Shown here: positions 40,340-59,208 of the stretch, piece after piece
How positions within the stretch are numbered: the first letter of the stretch is position 1
Layout: each line of letters begins with the position of its first letter
NCBI RefSeq assembly: GCF_009914755.1
Contig: NC_060932.1
Strand: one strand, 5' to 3'
DNA from: the human T2T-CHM13v2.0 reference genome, Homo sapiens
DNA: 64,000 nucleotides
Made by a program: the position numbers and the translations under genes
Notes under the pieces: model-generated
Database searches by the model: none
What the model was told of the DNA's origin: nothing
The model's input: only the letters and a program-made list of their open reading frames with translations

Positions 40340-40880
40340 AACCTTGAGATCAGAGAGTGAATTTCACTTAGCTAATTCAAGCAGGGAGGGATTTATTATA
40401 TAGCATTCGGTAGAGTACAGAATCTTGGAAAGGCTAGAAAAAGTGACTCAGGACTGAGCTTCCAAGAAGAACTTTGGTGGAGGTGCTGGAGGGAAGCCTA
40501 GAACCCCAATACTTCAGTAACAGTCAGAAAACAGCTTCCACCAGTACTGAGCCAAAAAGGGCAGTGCTCCTGCTATTCCCAGGGACAGTGGGAAAAAGCC
40601 ACATGCCCACCTTTTCTGTGACATAATTTTGTTAGCAACCAGTATCTCTGGGTGTATTTGAGTGGTATAATCTAAATCACATGATAACATACCAGCTCCC
40701 TAGTGGAAAGGGAAACTGGGAATAAAAGATTGGTTTGTTTATTTGTTTTTTCTTTGTTAGTTTGAAGGCATTCTGAGAAACTGAATGTTCTCATGATGTA
40801 ACATGCAGTTACATTGTAAACAGAGTATTCAAAAATTAAATGTAAACAGGCTATTCAAAAATGTTTGAGTGACTTAAAGT
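40340..40880 (-). mobile_element. Very old MLT1 (K/L/N-like) LTR remnant
   Basis: ttagctaattcaagcagggagggatttatt...acagaatcttggaaaggct...ctaaatcacatg. Confidence 0.4.
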
Positions 40881-41112
40881 AACTGATATCCTTACTTAGA
40901 CACTAAATGTATGAGAATGAGAGTCATAGCGAAATAATAACAACTATGAAATTAGAGTTGGGGTAAAATGTCATTAATTTAAAGAGGGATAGATGGCAAT
41001 TATTTTTGATTTTTAGTAGTGTAGAAGCCAGTGAGCAGGGAAGGAGGAAAAAGAGGAGGATTTAGTGTGTCCTATGTAAGGCAGTCTAAACTTTTTTTGC
41101 AACTGTGCCTAG

Positions 41113-41251
41113 TTATTTTATTATGATTTTTTCAGAAATGAGGGTCTCACTATATTGCCCAGGCTTGTCTGTAACTCCTGGCCTCAAGTGATCCTCCTAC
41201 CTGAGCCTCCCAAAGTGTTAGGATTACAGGTGTGAACCACCACACCCAGCC
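41113..41251 (-). mobile_element. FLAM_C / AluJ left monomer
   Basis: gggtctcactatattgcccaggct...aactcctggcctcaagtgatcctcc...ccacacccagcc. Confidence 0.92.
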
Positions 41252-44200
41252 CCTAACATTTAACTGAAAAAAAATCCTTTTAGAATTTGTACCTCCACCT
41301 TCCCAAAAACTAGAGCCCAAGCTTGTAGAATACATATCTAATACAATCAGCGTGGACTCCGTTTGAGTATGTGATGTCCAAATAAAAGAGAAAAATCTAT
41401 ATTTTGATGTTCTTTTAAATAAAAGCACAGAAATCATATTGGTTGAAGAGTGACTATTTTTTGACATACTAATATGGCATAAATAAATCAATTTTGCTGC
41501 TGAAAACTAATCTGACACACTTTGATATATTCATTAGATAAAGTAATGCTGTATTAAACTTTAAAGAGGTGAATGTGTAACTGTCACTAATGTTTATAGT
41601 TACATGTGATTTCCTTCTATCTTGAATTTTTTTTTGAGTTAAGGTAATAAAGCATTTTGGATTCATTAACCAATGTCAAAAGAAATTTCCCCTAGTAGAA
41701 TTTCTGTTAGTCAGAAATTTAAGGGGAATTGGTGTTTAGAAAAATGATTGGTTTTATTTCCAATAATAAATATCTGCTGGTGCATTTCATAATGTGAAAT
41801 TTTGCACTGCTGAAATCATTCTTTTCATTCAAGTCTCTAATAAGACAAAATATTTTAAAATTTGAATTGGATTTTCCTTTTAGGTCAGAATAGCCCTTAA
41901 AAATTCACCACTTGGCCAGAATGATTACCCTATGTAAAATATACATGACAAAGAACATATAAATACAGTTAATATATAAAACCTATGCAATATCAGAATA
42001 TCCAACTAAAGTGACATCATAAAAATTTTCCAGAAAATGCCAGCTATGATAAATTCCATTTTTACTGTTAAAACTTTATTTTGGGGGCTAAAACTCACTA
42101 TAAGGTAATGGTGGCTTTGGGGCCCCAAGCCCATAAATCTGTGATAAATTAGATATGCATCACTTACATTCCAGGGTTCTTGGAAAATCCTTATCCTTAG
42201 GGTGGTTACGGTAGGTCACACAGACACACATATCTATTTTAAATTATAGAATTTCCACGTGTATAATAACTTAGAAGGCCCTAAGTAAACTACCTTAACT
42301 CCTTGATTCTCATGCTCAAGTATTTGAAACCTTAGATTTACAGCAGCTAATCAGTTAGACAAATATTGTGCTTTAAAACAAACAAAGCCACAATAACAAA
42401 AACAGAGTCAGAAGTTATGTGTCAGTGCCCAGCCTGCAATAACTGATGCTGAGACAGTTTTACTGGAATGTTATCCATTTCACTTGAAAGGGTCAGTGCT
42501 GCTAGAGACAAAAATCACACCTCCTAAAACAGGAAATAATAATAGTTTGCTTTAGACCGAGAATATTGTCATTTTGTCAAGGGTACTGTTTTCCAAAAGA
42601 GAAGCTAGGTCCAGGCAGTCAGCGTACTCTAACAATTAGCCTAATAAAATAAGAAGCAATTAAAGTACTTTTTGTTCTTCTGAATCACAGAAATACCAAA
42701 GTGAAGAGGATTTCCAGGAAACCTGAGACCTTTTCTAATAAAACTCTAATTTGAAGCTCTCGTTTATAATGAGGCCAAAGCTGAAAATATTTGTTAGTTT
42801 AAACTCTCTGAAATACTTCAGAAAAAGTTTTAATTATTTATTAAAAAAATAGCCACACATAACATTAGATTTAAACAAAATTTATATTTTTCAATATTTG
42901 CATTCTGGAAGAAAATAAATAAGTAGATTTGTTAAAATAAAATGTTAAATTTCTATTCAAAAATCAAGGAAATTTTGTAAGAAAATTTTGAGATTCTTAT
43001 TAAAGACAAACATTTTACTACTTAACAAATGCTCTTTTTAAGATGTTCAGTAATTTATAATTGATCATGAAATGTTACAATTCCATTCTGCCAATTATTT
43101 TGTGATATTTTTACTAAAAATTTCCTTTCGATGCATGGTCATAAAATTAGAGATAGGAAATTTTTACAATACTGGAATTACATTTATCATAAAAATTGAA
43201 ACATATTCTTTTTCTATTTCCAATTTTTATCCAAGCAATAAATGAATATGGTAGAAATAAAATTGTACAGAAGAGTTTATAATGTGCCCTATATCTCTCA
43301 AACACAAGACCTCCTTCTCTGTAGAAACTACTTTCAACTCTTGGTTTGGAGTTTCTTTTGGTAGTTAACTCCTTAACTTTCATAACCACATACACTTTAG
43401 TTATAATTTTATAATTTTAAAATTTGTTTTTAAAGAAAATATTTAATTCACACAATCCTCTTTCCCTTCCCTAAATTAGTATTTTTACTTCCAGTTCTTA
43501 CTTCATCATCTCTACCTAATCTCTTTGATTAATCTCTACATTCAATTTTGAAAATCATAACACATCTCTCCTTTAACATATATCATTTACTTTATTCTGT
43601 CATATTTTTAGCCACACCTTTACTTTTAAATTGCCATAATCTATAGATAATATTTGCATTCTATTCTGTAATTATATGTATTCCAGTGCTGTTTTATTTG
43701 GAGAGACCTTCCCTAAAACACCGACTTCTCTCTTTCCCCTCCCTAACTTCTCACCAAATAAGAAAGGACTTATTTAATAGGCAAATCTGAGAGGAAAAAC
43801 TAATGTAGTAAACGCATTTATTATTTTTCTCTTTGGGCCTCACCTATGCCCCTGAGAATGCACATCTGTGCTAAGTTTAGCAGGATAGAACTGGAGAGAA
43901 GCTAGGTAGGTATCCAGCATGGGCTGTAACTATTTAATTTTGAGGTGCAGCAATAGCAAACCCTCTTGTGTATCAGAACTAAGTCACATTCTCAACATGA
44001 GCTTTATCAATATGAGATAACCCTTTAATTTCATCTACATGACTCCTAACACAATATTTTTTACTGATTTTAAAATTTGTATAATTTATTAGTGATATCA
44101 AACATTATATCAAGATCAATAAGAAAAAACAGAAGGCAGGTCATCCTTGTGGCTGGTACGATTCCTCTTACTGAACAAACCTCTGCTATACTTTGTGGTA

Positions 44201-44617
44201 GCCTTGATAAATAGTGTATATGTGGATTTGGGGGAGTAAACAACACACTTACATAGATGTGTTGTCTGCAGTTAGTGGGGACCATGAGAGTTTTTGTTTT
44301 TGATCATTTCCAGGGGTTTAGGGTGTGATCTTTGGCTGGTTTTTGTAATTGTGTGGTTGGTTTTTAATAGAGACAGTCCAAATAGGTAGCTTTAGACTTT
44401 AAGTTTGGCTAACAAGCTATGAAGTATCTCTATCTTGGTGAACCCCTGCAGTTTATAGAGGTTTTGGCAGCAAGTCAGTAGATGTTTTAAACTGGGAGGG
44501 CTGCAGCCTCCAGCCTTAGCAAATTCAGCTTGTAAGAGTGACACAAAACTTAGTAAGCAGACGAAGATTTCATTTAGGGGAAACAATTTTTATATTAAAA
44601 TCTGCAAGCCCCAAAAA

Positions 44618-45120
44618 TGTTGGGAACAGGCCCCAAAATCTGGCCATAAACTGGCCCCAAAACTGGCAATAAACAAAATCTCTGCAGCACTGTGGCATGT
44701 TGGTGATGACCTTGACACCCACGCTGGAAGGTTGCTGGTTTACCAGAATGAGGGCAAGGAACACCTGGCCCACCAAGGGCGGAAAACTGCTTAAGGCATT
44801 CTGAAACCACAAACAATAGCATGAGCAATATGTGCCTTAAGGATATGTTCCTGCTGCAGATAACTAGCCCAACCCATTCCTTTATTTCAGCCCATCCCTT
44901 TATTTCCCATAAAGGAATAATTTTAGTAAATCTATAATCTATAGAAACAATGCTTATCACTGGCTTGCTGTCAATAAATATGTGCGTAAATCTCTGTTCA
45001 AGGCTCTGAAAGCTATGAGACCCATGATTTCCCACTCCACACTCTATATTTCTGTGTGTGTGTCTTTAATTCCTCTAGCACTGCTGGGTTAGGGTCTCCA
45101 CGACCGAGCTGGTCTCGGCA
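44618..45120 (+). mobile_element. MER9 (HERV-K HML-3) solo LTR
   Basis: tgttgggaacaggccccaaaatctggccataaactggcccc...gaccgagctggtctcggca; 6-bp TSD caaaaa/caaaga. Confidence 0.95.
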
Positions 45121-45609
45121 CAAAGAGGTAAAGTTTTTTCTTCTATTGTTTTCCTCTGTTAGATCTGCATAGGACTTTAGGACTTAAGTGGCAAAGGATA
45201 TGATACAGAGCCCTGGTGAGATGCTAGCTTCAGATAATAATTTGTGGTGAATATAGACAAGCAATATTCAGTCATCTGCCCAAATTTTGTTCCTTTTGTA
45301 TGTTGTTTGGAATTGCCCTCAAGGAACTTCAGAACAAGAAAGGAAAGGGTGGAGAGGTTCACTATAAATTTACGTAACTTATTTGCCAGATCTTTAGAGT
45401 TCCGCTACACACATGCACACACGTGTGCACACACACACAGACACATATGCATGCACGTGCACATACAGCTTTAAAACAGCTCCATACATGTAAGAACTGG
45501 GGGTTTATATTTCAGAGAATAAAATTGTCATATCTATATGCATAGAAAGATTCTGATGGTCTTGAACATTTAAAGGAAGGTTGCCAGTAGTTGAGTGAAG
45601 AAAGAGTGG

Positions 45610-46770
45610 ATAAGGAGAGAGGGGACACACAGAGGAACTTCTAGGGTGAAGTAACAGTACTGTGGTAGTGAACTCATGATTTAACCTATTTGTCAAAACC
45701 CATCAAACTGTACATCACAAAGAGTAAACTTTAATGTATGTAAACCTTTAACAAATCAGCCAGGATCTTGGGGATTTCAGGATGGAATGCAGGCTATGGC
45801 AAATAAACTTATTTATATCATGAATATGAGGCAAAACTGTGCTGAAGGAAGTGAGGAGCAAAAAGAAGCTGACCTTAGTTTATTTGGAAAGCAATGTGTT
45901 TTTTTTACTGGAAGCTGTAAGACTAGAGACAAAAGGAAACATACATCAATGCTATACTTCATAAATTTGCTTCTCTTAGGTCCAGATTAATAGTTCTGAA
46001 ACTGATTTACATGTATAATAGGGTTGATCAAATGAGAAAATAGATATTGGATAGTGGAAACTGCATTACTCACTGTCAGAGAGGGAATTTAAAGATAAAC
46101 AAGAAAGAAGGCTAGAAAGGCCCCTGTGGTAACTGAATTGGAGTCAGAAACATTAGTATGAACGCATGATTAGCTTTGTGTGTGTGGGTGTGTGTGGGTG
46201 TGTGTTGTGTTTGTGCATGCGTGCATACACACTCCACCTCTTGTTGTCGACTGTGCATAGAACTTCATTTCTAAAAGAATGGAAGTTAACTTCACAGTGG
46301 AATAAGTTGATAAGGACTGCTCTAACTAAGTAATCACAGTTAACATGTCCAGCATCATTATGAATAAAAACATCAAACAATCTCAGATTGAGAGACTTTC
46401 TATAAAATACCTGACAAAACTTCTCAAAACTGCCAAACTCAGGAAAAACAAGGAAAGATGGATAAACTTTCACAGACCAGAGGAAAATAGAGAGACATGA
46501 CAACGAAAAGCAATGTGGTTCTCTGAATGAGATCCTGGAAGGAAAAGATGACTTAATGGAAAAAGTAGTGAAACTCAAAGTCTGGGGTTTAGTTATGAGA
46601 CTGACTAAATGTTCCATTGTGGGTTTCTCAGCTTTGACAAGTGTACCACAGTAATGTAAAATGATAACAAGAGTAAATCAGGTGAGGAGTACATGGGAAG
46701 TTTCAATACTGTGTTTCCAACCCTTCTGTAAATCTCAACTTACTCCAATTAAATGTTTATGAAAAATAAA
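45610..46770 (+). mobile_element. L1MC3/L1MD-like 3' UTR
   Basis: tatttgtcaaaacccat...caggatggaatgcag...tttctataaaatacctgac...gcaatgtgg...gatcctgga...ttctgtaaatct...aataaa. Confidence 0.8.
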
Positions 46771-47574
46771 TGATGAGATACAGAATTTTTGGCAGAAGTT
46801 TTCATCTTAACTAGGCTTCCAAAAGCAATAAATATAGCTTCAGGTGAAGATTTTGTTAAGAGTGATTCTCCTGATTGGGGGGGAAATGTGAAGGGAAATC
46901 CTTCCCTAGGAGGCAGCGTTTATTGACCTAAGAAATTACACAGCAAGAGGCAGTGGAAACAACATTGTGTACTGAAGACATTTGCTCATGAGAAATTGTT
47001 ACTAGTTGACTCCCATGGCAAATACAGCACTACAGTGTGAGAAAATTCGAGGCTTACAGTATAAATGAAAAATTAGAGGTTTGATAGAACTCTAGGAAAT
47101 AAAAAGAAAGAAAGGAAAATCCTAAAAGTTTTTCACCTTTGCAAATTTGTAAGCTTTGCAAGAAGGCAGCAAATTCTCAATTGACTCTAATAAAATGGCA
47201 TCTTACCCATTCCTGTATCTGGAGGTTTTATCTCCAGATACAGGAAATCCACAGGGTCAATGTTAACCTCTCATTTGGAGATACATCACGATGTAAGGTC
47301 AAGGTCATGGAACCTGAAGTACTGGCCCACATTGAAGGGCATCTTGGTGATGATAAATTGAATATTCTTCCAAAAGTCCTCTCCCTTTCCATACATGAGA
47401 ATTTTTGCTACAGTGTTTGACACTAATTCTAGACATTGAACATATAGTTTTACCTGGGATAACTACTTTAGAAACTAGGCGCTTGGTTATCTACATTTTA
47501 TGCTAATACTGCAGTAACTAATTTTGTCCTGGTAACTCTGATTTTTATTTCCTTAAATGAGACATAAAGTATTT

Positions 47575-49033
<1,459 letters not shown>

Positions 49034-49324
49034 TAGTTCTTTCCTAGAAATAGAAGACTGGCTATGTCGTCTATGATGTTACCTGGCTTATAAGTATGTT
49101 AACCTAAACATATTATTTTTAGATTATAAGATAGCTTCTGGACATTAAGATACTCAGTCTCCAAATTCCAGAATGGAGAGGGCTATGCAGCCAGCAGTAT
49201 CCAACTTCCAAGAGTACTCGTTCTTCCCAAATACTTGGTTCGGTTTATCTAGGGAAAAGTCTTGCTGTTTTCTGTCTGGGAGTCAAGTGCTAAGCTGCCA
49301 GCAGCATCCCGTTCTGCATATCCC

Positions 49325-49597
49325 ATCACGGGTTGGGTTCTCCAGAAATAAGAATGAGTTTGCATGCAGTTAATGCAGGGTGTTTACTAAGAAGTATTGT
49401 TGGGATCAATACCAGTGGAAGAGAAGATGAGATCAGAGGATTGGACAGAGAGAAGCCTAACTTCAGTGGCAACTCCACAAGGAGCTCAGGATTGAAAATG
49501 GCCCATCAGATTTGCCTTGCATTGGATCAGAATAGCTGGCCATTTATACTTCTGCCTCAATGACCAGATGTGGGCTTACCTGGAAGAGTGTGACCAT
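49325..49597 (-). mobile_element. ERVL LTR16-family fragment
   Basis: gggttctccaga...ttgggatcaatacc...ggattggacagagagaag...ggagctc...tggcccatcaga...tttatac. Confidence 0.6.
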
Positions 49598-50000
49598 TCT
49601 TTTTTTTTTTTTTTTTTTTTTGCAGAGAACTGCAGTGGCAGCAGGAAGGGAGATGGAAATAAGAATTTTATGTTACCCTGAAAGGGAAGTGAGTTTTACC
49701 TCCCCTTCCCCCCACACCAATGGCAGGTGAAAACCTAAAAGTTTACAGTGAGTACAGGTATAAAGAACTGCCAGAGAATTTCTCTATTTATGGTCAAAGC
49801 AGCAGGAAAGACTTTCTCTGTGAGTCAGGGAACATGTAGGAAATCTCCTGTTGCATTTTTCTTCCTCTTTCCTTCTACCTTAACACCTGGGCAATACCAT
49901 GGTAGCAGTGATATCAAAGTCATGACCATAAAAACAGGTAGTTACCTAAAACTCTGAAGAGGAGTGGACCATTCTTGTTGACTGGAGGAATTATAGTTTA

Positions 50001-50266
50001 CCAAGCACTTTGGGAGGCCAAGGCGGGCAGATACCTTGAGCCCAGAAGCTCAAGACCAGCCTGGGCAACATGGGAAAACTTGTCTCCAAAAAAATTAGCC
50101 GAAAGTGGTGGTGCATGCCTGTAGTCTCAGACACGCAGGAGGCTGAGGTGGGAGGATTGATTGAGCCCAGAAAGGTCAAGGCTGCAGTGAGCTGTGATCC
50201 TGCCACTGGACTCCAGCCTGGGAGACAGAGTGAGACTCTGTCGCAAAACAAAAGAAAACAAAAAAG
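50001..50266 (+). mobile_element. AluJ, 5'-truncated
   Basis: J-type ttgagcccag, gaggtgggaggattg and ggtcaaggctgcagtgagctgtgat. Confidence 0.93.
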
Positions 50267-50379
50267 AGCATAAGGCAAATTCCTGTTGCTTTTTTTTGTT
50301 CTTACCCTGTCCTTGCGCTACAGGAACCGCCCCCTCCCCGCAAAGAAGGAAGTGCGTGACAGAGCAAGGAAACACAAAC

Positions 50380-52390
<2,011 letters not shown>

Positions 52391-52433
52391 TATAATGTAT
52401 TTCACACTAAACTCATCACGTACATTTAGACTT

Positions 52434-52683
52434 CAGTGGTTAGGGCTTATGATCTTGGGTTCAGAAACCAGTTGTTCTATCTTCTGCAAATATCTCTGAT
52501 CTTATGCGAAGTATTTGCCTCTCCCTGAATCAGATTCTTCACCTATAAAATAGGAATTACAAGAGTATCTATCACTTAGGGTAGTCACTGGGCATTAAAT
52601 GGGTGAAAATATATCAATCCCTTAGAGCAGTACCTAGCATATTAAGCATCCTGGTAAGTTATTGTAAGTTATTATGATTACTA
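52434..52683 (+). mobile_element. MIR, near full length
   Basis: cagtggttaggg...ttcttcacctataaaataggaat...cttagagcagtacctagcata. Confidence 0.8.
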
Positions 52684-53597
52684 TAAAACTTTGTTTTGTT
52701 TAAAACTTATAAGATTAATTCACCGTATCAGAAAATCACATCGTTCACAGTGATATTGCTCATAATGGTTTAATTACAACACATATTATGCATATTAATC
52801 TATATTTGTTTGCAGCCACATTCATGGTAAATTAGCCTTCCATTAATATATCAAATATAAAAATTGTATATATTACAATGGCAATATCTATAATTTTTAT
52901 AAATTATTCCTCAATAAATTATAAAAAATAAAAAAATGCTTAATATAAAGCATAAGGATCTATCATCTTCAAGCTGAATATTTACAAATTGTGCTTATCA
53001 ATTTACTCACTAATGATTTACCAGTATGCCTATTCTACCAGCACATTTCTCTCTAATAAATAATGGAATCATAATGATTAATGGAAAATCTTGTAAAGCA
53101 ATAGCTCATAAAACAGGCACAGACCTAAGATTTAAAGGGAAGTTTAAAAACCATAATTGTCACAGAAATGTTTTATTTAAAAAAAACTAAATAATAGAAT
53201 AGAGTTTTAATTACTTTCAGAACAGTACCAATATCACAAAACATGAAAGACCATGCAATCTTACAAAAATAATTAATCATAGCAGCTGTCCATTGATGAA
53301 AAGAAATTCAAATAAAATAATTTCTTCTATTACATTCAGAAGTGATACTGTTTTGAGGAAAGTTGATAAGGGGAATATTTGAAAATTAGCTATGTAACAA
53401 TGAATGGTAGGCAAGCAAATTTTAAATTCAAATGAGAGAAACATCCTAGGTAATCATAATGCATTCCTGTTTGCATAAAATTACTGAAAATAGATACAAA
53501 AGTCTGCCTGTATTTAACCCCCTAACAATAATTTTGTTGAAAAAAATTTTGCAATGTCATTGCTGTATAACAAATGAAACATTAACAATAGGAATAG

Positions 53598-54066
<469 letters not shown>

Positions 54067-54279
54067 TCACTTTTTATTTTTTATATTCCAATTAGACATT
54101 GTATTTTATTTTTGTCTCTAACTTAATTCAGTTAGTAGTTTGTTTTTATGAATTTCATCTTAGAATTGTCAAGGGGTATTACAGATATTTATTATAAAAA
54201 CGATTTAGGCTAACAGGTTTGGGAATTGTTATACTATGATCTTGCCAAAGAGAATATTCATATAATTTTAAAATATTTT

Positions 54280-55075
54280 CCAAACCATATCATTTTTAAA
54301 AATCTCACTATTAGAAATATTGTTTCTTTGATTATTAATGTGAAGTTTTTGCACATATATTAGCCTTTTGTGATTTTTTTCTACGTTCTCTTCCATAGAT
54401 ATCACCCATTCTTTGATCTGTAAATTTGAGTTTTATTTAAATCTATTTAGTAACTACTTTATATATTACATACGTTAAGCCTTCAATTTAATTATGGCAG
54501 ATATTTGTCTTTATATATCACAGGTATTTTAATGTCAGTTGGGATTCGTTGTATAGATGGTTACCAATATATCACACAAATTCTTTGTTAATCCTTTTGT
54601 GATATTTATTATTAGAAATTCCTCCCCTATGTTTAGAAATATTTCAGTATTTTTCTAGTTTTTCAGGTATAATTTTACTTAATTCAACTTGATTTATCTT
54701 CTGGAATTTATTTTACTGAAAAATATAAGGTGTATTCTAGCTTGATTCATTTTATTACACAGTTTATCAATAGTCCTATTGACTCCTTAACTATGAATAT
54801 TATGCTCTAAATCGTTATGTGCAGGGTTTGCTTCTATATTTATTTATTCCAATGATTTTTTTTTGTCCTGGTAATATGGTGAATTAATGATTGTGCTTTA
54901 TGATAATTATTTAGTATCTGAAAGCTTATGTCTCTTTCATCATTATTCTTTATTCAAAATCGCTACTATGATTTTTTCAATCATTTCATTTTGATGTACT
55001 ACTTTGGAGTGATTATAACAAATTTATAAAAACAGCTTAGGGATTTTCTAAGGTTGCATTAAACTTCTATATTAA
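54280..55075 (-). mobile_element. Very old L1ME ORF2 fragment
   Basis: T-rich degenerate antisense ORF2, e.g. atttatcttctggaatttattt and gggattttctaaggttgcattaaac. Confidence 0.5.
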
Positions 55076-56789
55076 TGTAAGGTACATATATATGATAGCC
55101 TTTCTAGTAATTGTTGTCACTGTCCATGACAAGTACAAATTGTGAATATTTATTGACGTAAGAGACATGTGCGTAAGTGAAAACATTAAAAGTACATTGA
55201 TTCACTTTAACCAACTGATGCATATATGAAAATACTAGCAGTTTGGCAATACATAGATAAGTGATTTGGCTCTTGAAAATGTTAAGATGTTTAATATCAA
55301 ATCAGTAAAAACTAATTTGGTATTTTCAAAAGTATGTTTTACATAATTTTGCTTGACTAAGAAGAACTAATCCTAAATAGACAAGCATAAATAGAAGCTT
55401 GACAGAGAAAAGAACTAAAGCAAAATGCTTAGATGATGAATCTAAAGATTCAGAACATAGTATTGAGAACTAAATATGTGGCTTTCATACATGGGTAGAT
55501 GCATGGATCTTCTCCCTAAAGGGGAAAAAAGTGTCATTTCAAATGCATTCTTTCAGCTGCTGGCATAGTTATTGCCTAATAGAAACGTGGAGTCTGTCTG
55601 TTCCATATCCTCTGCCTCTCAACCTTGATAATTTCTATGGGTAATAGGGTGACTGATGAAAAAGTAACATGGGAACCGGCGGTTCCAGCATAATTATAAC
55701 ATCGTTCCTTAGATCGTCAAAGTCTCCTTCCAGATATCAATCTGCTGGTTTAATAAAAGAGGTAAAGAATCAAGACCCTTTATTACCCCTACTTGAGAGT
55801 CCTCAGGGAAGGGAGGAAATTCCTCAGCTGAGCGCACAAAGATTTTCTGTAACGAGCAGCAGCTTTATCCATGAAGTGAAGGTTAGTCCTATTGTATCCA
55901 ATCTGTCACTTTTCTTCACAGACACCCACTAAAAGCCCCAAGGCAGCATTTTAAAGCAGGAAAGTGCTCCAGCAATGGTTAGTGAAACTATGATTTTCCC
56001 CATGGGAAATACCCTTCTGAACTAGAAAACAGGCAAAACTAGTCCATTAACTCTCCTTTGAGAGGGGTGTGCTTTCGTGGCTTCATATAAATAGTAATGC
56101 AGAGTTGGAAAAGGAATAAAAAGTCTCAGGCTTTAAAAACTAAAATGTATCCATTTGGCAATCAGCTTAATGAAGGCTTAGTAACTAAAAGAACTGCACA
56201 CAAATTCATATAGCCCAGAGAGATTAGTGTAAAACTCATTACATGAACACAAGAAACTTCCCAAGAAGCAAAGATAGGTGAGTAATTTACCTCTTCCTGA
56301 GGCTCCTTTGCATTCATTAAAGGCACAGACACAGATTAACCGCAGCCCTTTGCCCTGTGGCATGTTTGGGGCATATGTGAACTGTGTTTTGTTTTGTTTT
56401 TTACATTTCACGATAGTTGCATCGGAACCTTGACCTCTATTTTCTTGTGATGAAAGAAAATATATTGTTCAAATAAATAATTTTACTGCAGCAAGTTTCA
56501 GATACAAAGTGGCTCAATTCACACCAGTGTGAAGACACCTTGCTTGGGAAAAGGGCCCTTTAGCTGCAAAACATGAGGGTTTCTTCACAGTCCTCATCCC
56601 TAATATGTTTTCTGAAAGATTAAAAAAAAAAAAATACAGAAAACTGATCTTTCTGCACACTACATGAAGTGGAATTTGCAGTTTCTGCACTTACTCAAGA
56701 ATAATGTGTGCATTTAAAAAAGAGGGGACTTGTAAAAGTTGTGAAAAAGAGAATGGTTTAGCAAGAAGCATGCATCTAGGATGTTAGGA

Positions 56790-57129
56790 TGTTAATCACC
56801 AAGATGACGTTAAGGTTCCGCGCAGTTCGACTAAACTTTAGACAGGCTTCTTCCTGACTATAGACCCCTGACCTCTATTATCCTAGAGCATTTACTTCAG
56901 AAAACTTGCCATTGTAAATTTGTTATAAGTTTCTGTGAAACATAAATCTTGTCCTTGCCTATTGCCAGTATTACAACTAGGAATGTCTTTCCCACGAACC
57001 TGGGAGCCATCTCTTTAAAATGTAATCACAAAGAAAGACAGTGCCTCTTACTCCATCTCTATGGGAGGTAGTTTAACTTCTATAAACACAAATTAGCCAA
57101 TTAGAAAACACAGATGGCCCAATCACATT
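56790..57129 (+). mobile_element. MER67-like ERV1 LTR, 3'-truncated
   Basis: aaactttagacaggcttcttcctgact...agagcatttactt...cctgggagccatctctttaaaatgtaatca...cacagatggcccaatcacattg. Confidence 0.65.
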
Positions 57130-57219
57130 GGTCTGTGTGTCTGTTTTTATACCAGTGCCATGCTGTTTTGGTTACTGTAGCCTTACAGAAGAGTTTGAAG
57201 TCAGGTAGTGTGATGCCTC

Positions 57220-58054
<835 letters not shown>

Positions 58055-58184
58055 CCTCCAGCTTTGTTCTTTTTGCTTAGAGAGCAGAATGCTGGTTTCC
58101 AGTGACTGAAGGTGGAAGAGTTTTTAGAAGCTAGGGTTAGCTAGGGGAAAAACACTGGAGGACTTTAGGAGGGAGGTTGGTCAA

Positions 58185-58515
58185 TATGATTTTGAGTTGA
58201 TTTTTGAGTATGGTGTAAAATAAGGGCAAAATTTCATTCTTTTGCACGTGGATATTCAGCTTTCCCAATACCATTAGTTGAAGAGATTGTCTTTTCCTTA
58301 TTAGGTATTCTTGGCAGTTTTGTTGAAGATGAATTGACTAAACATGTGTGGGTTTATTCCCAGGCTCTCTATTCTGTTTCATTGGTCTATATGTCTGTCA
58401 TTATGCTAATATCAGATGTTTTAATGACTGTAGCTTTGTAATAAATCCAGAAGTCAGGGAGTGTGATGACTTCGGGTTTCTTCCTTCTCAAGATCGCTTT
58501 AGCTATTCAGGATCT
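58185..58515 (-). mobile_element. L1MA/MB ORF2 fragment
   Basis: ttttgagttgatttttg...ttcattcttttgcacgtggatattcag...ctcaagatcgctttagctattcagg. Confidence 0.85.
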
Positions 58516-59208
58516 TGGGGAGGCAGAAATGGGAATTTGTTGCTCGATGTGGACAAAGTTTCAGTTATTTAAGATGAATAAGTTCTAGAGATTTACTGTA
58601 AAATATAATGCTGTATTAGTTTGTTGTCGTGCTACTAATAAAGATGTACTCGAGACTGGGTAATTTATAAAGGAAAGAGGTTTAATGGACTCACAGTTCC
58701 ACATGGCTGGGGAGGCCACACAATCATGACAGAAGGCATTAAATTAGGAGCAAAGTCACATCTTACATGGTGGCAGGCAAGAGAGCTTATGCAGGGAAAC
58801 TCCCATTTATAAAACCATCATCTCACATGAGACTTATTCACTACCATGAGAACAGTGTGGGGGAAACTACCCCCATAATTCAACTATCTCCAACTGGCAC
58901 CATCCTTGACACGTGGGGATTAGTACTATTTAAGATGAGATTTGGATGGGGACACAGCCAAACTATATCAAGTGCCAAGGGTTAATAATATGTATTGTAC
59001 ACAAAATTTTGCTACGAGGTTAGATCTCCTGTTAAGTATTTTCACCTTTTTTTTTTTTAAAAAGACACACATATAAAGGAACACAAAGATGTGATGAATA
59101 TGTTTGTTACTTTTTGGTGATGGTGTGTGCATATGTGCAAACTAAATTATATACATTAAACATGTGCAGATTATTTTAGTATATTAATTATACCTCAATA
59201 AATTTGTT

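Noticed and set aside
55672-55686. Hairpin GGAACC-ggc-GGTTCC
   Set aside because: A 6-bp stem is expected by chance in 64 kb and has no supporting context.
56270-56283. Consensus splice donor AG/GTGAGT
   Set aside because: No convincing upstream polypyrimidine-AG acceptor; isolated donor motifs are frequent by chance.
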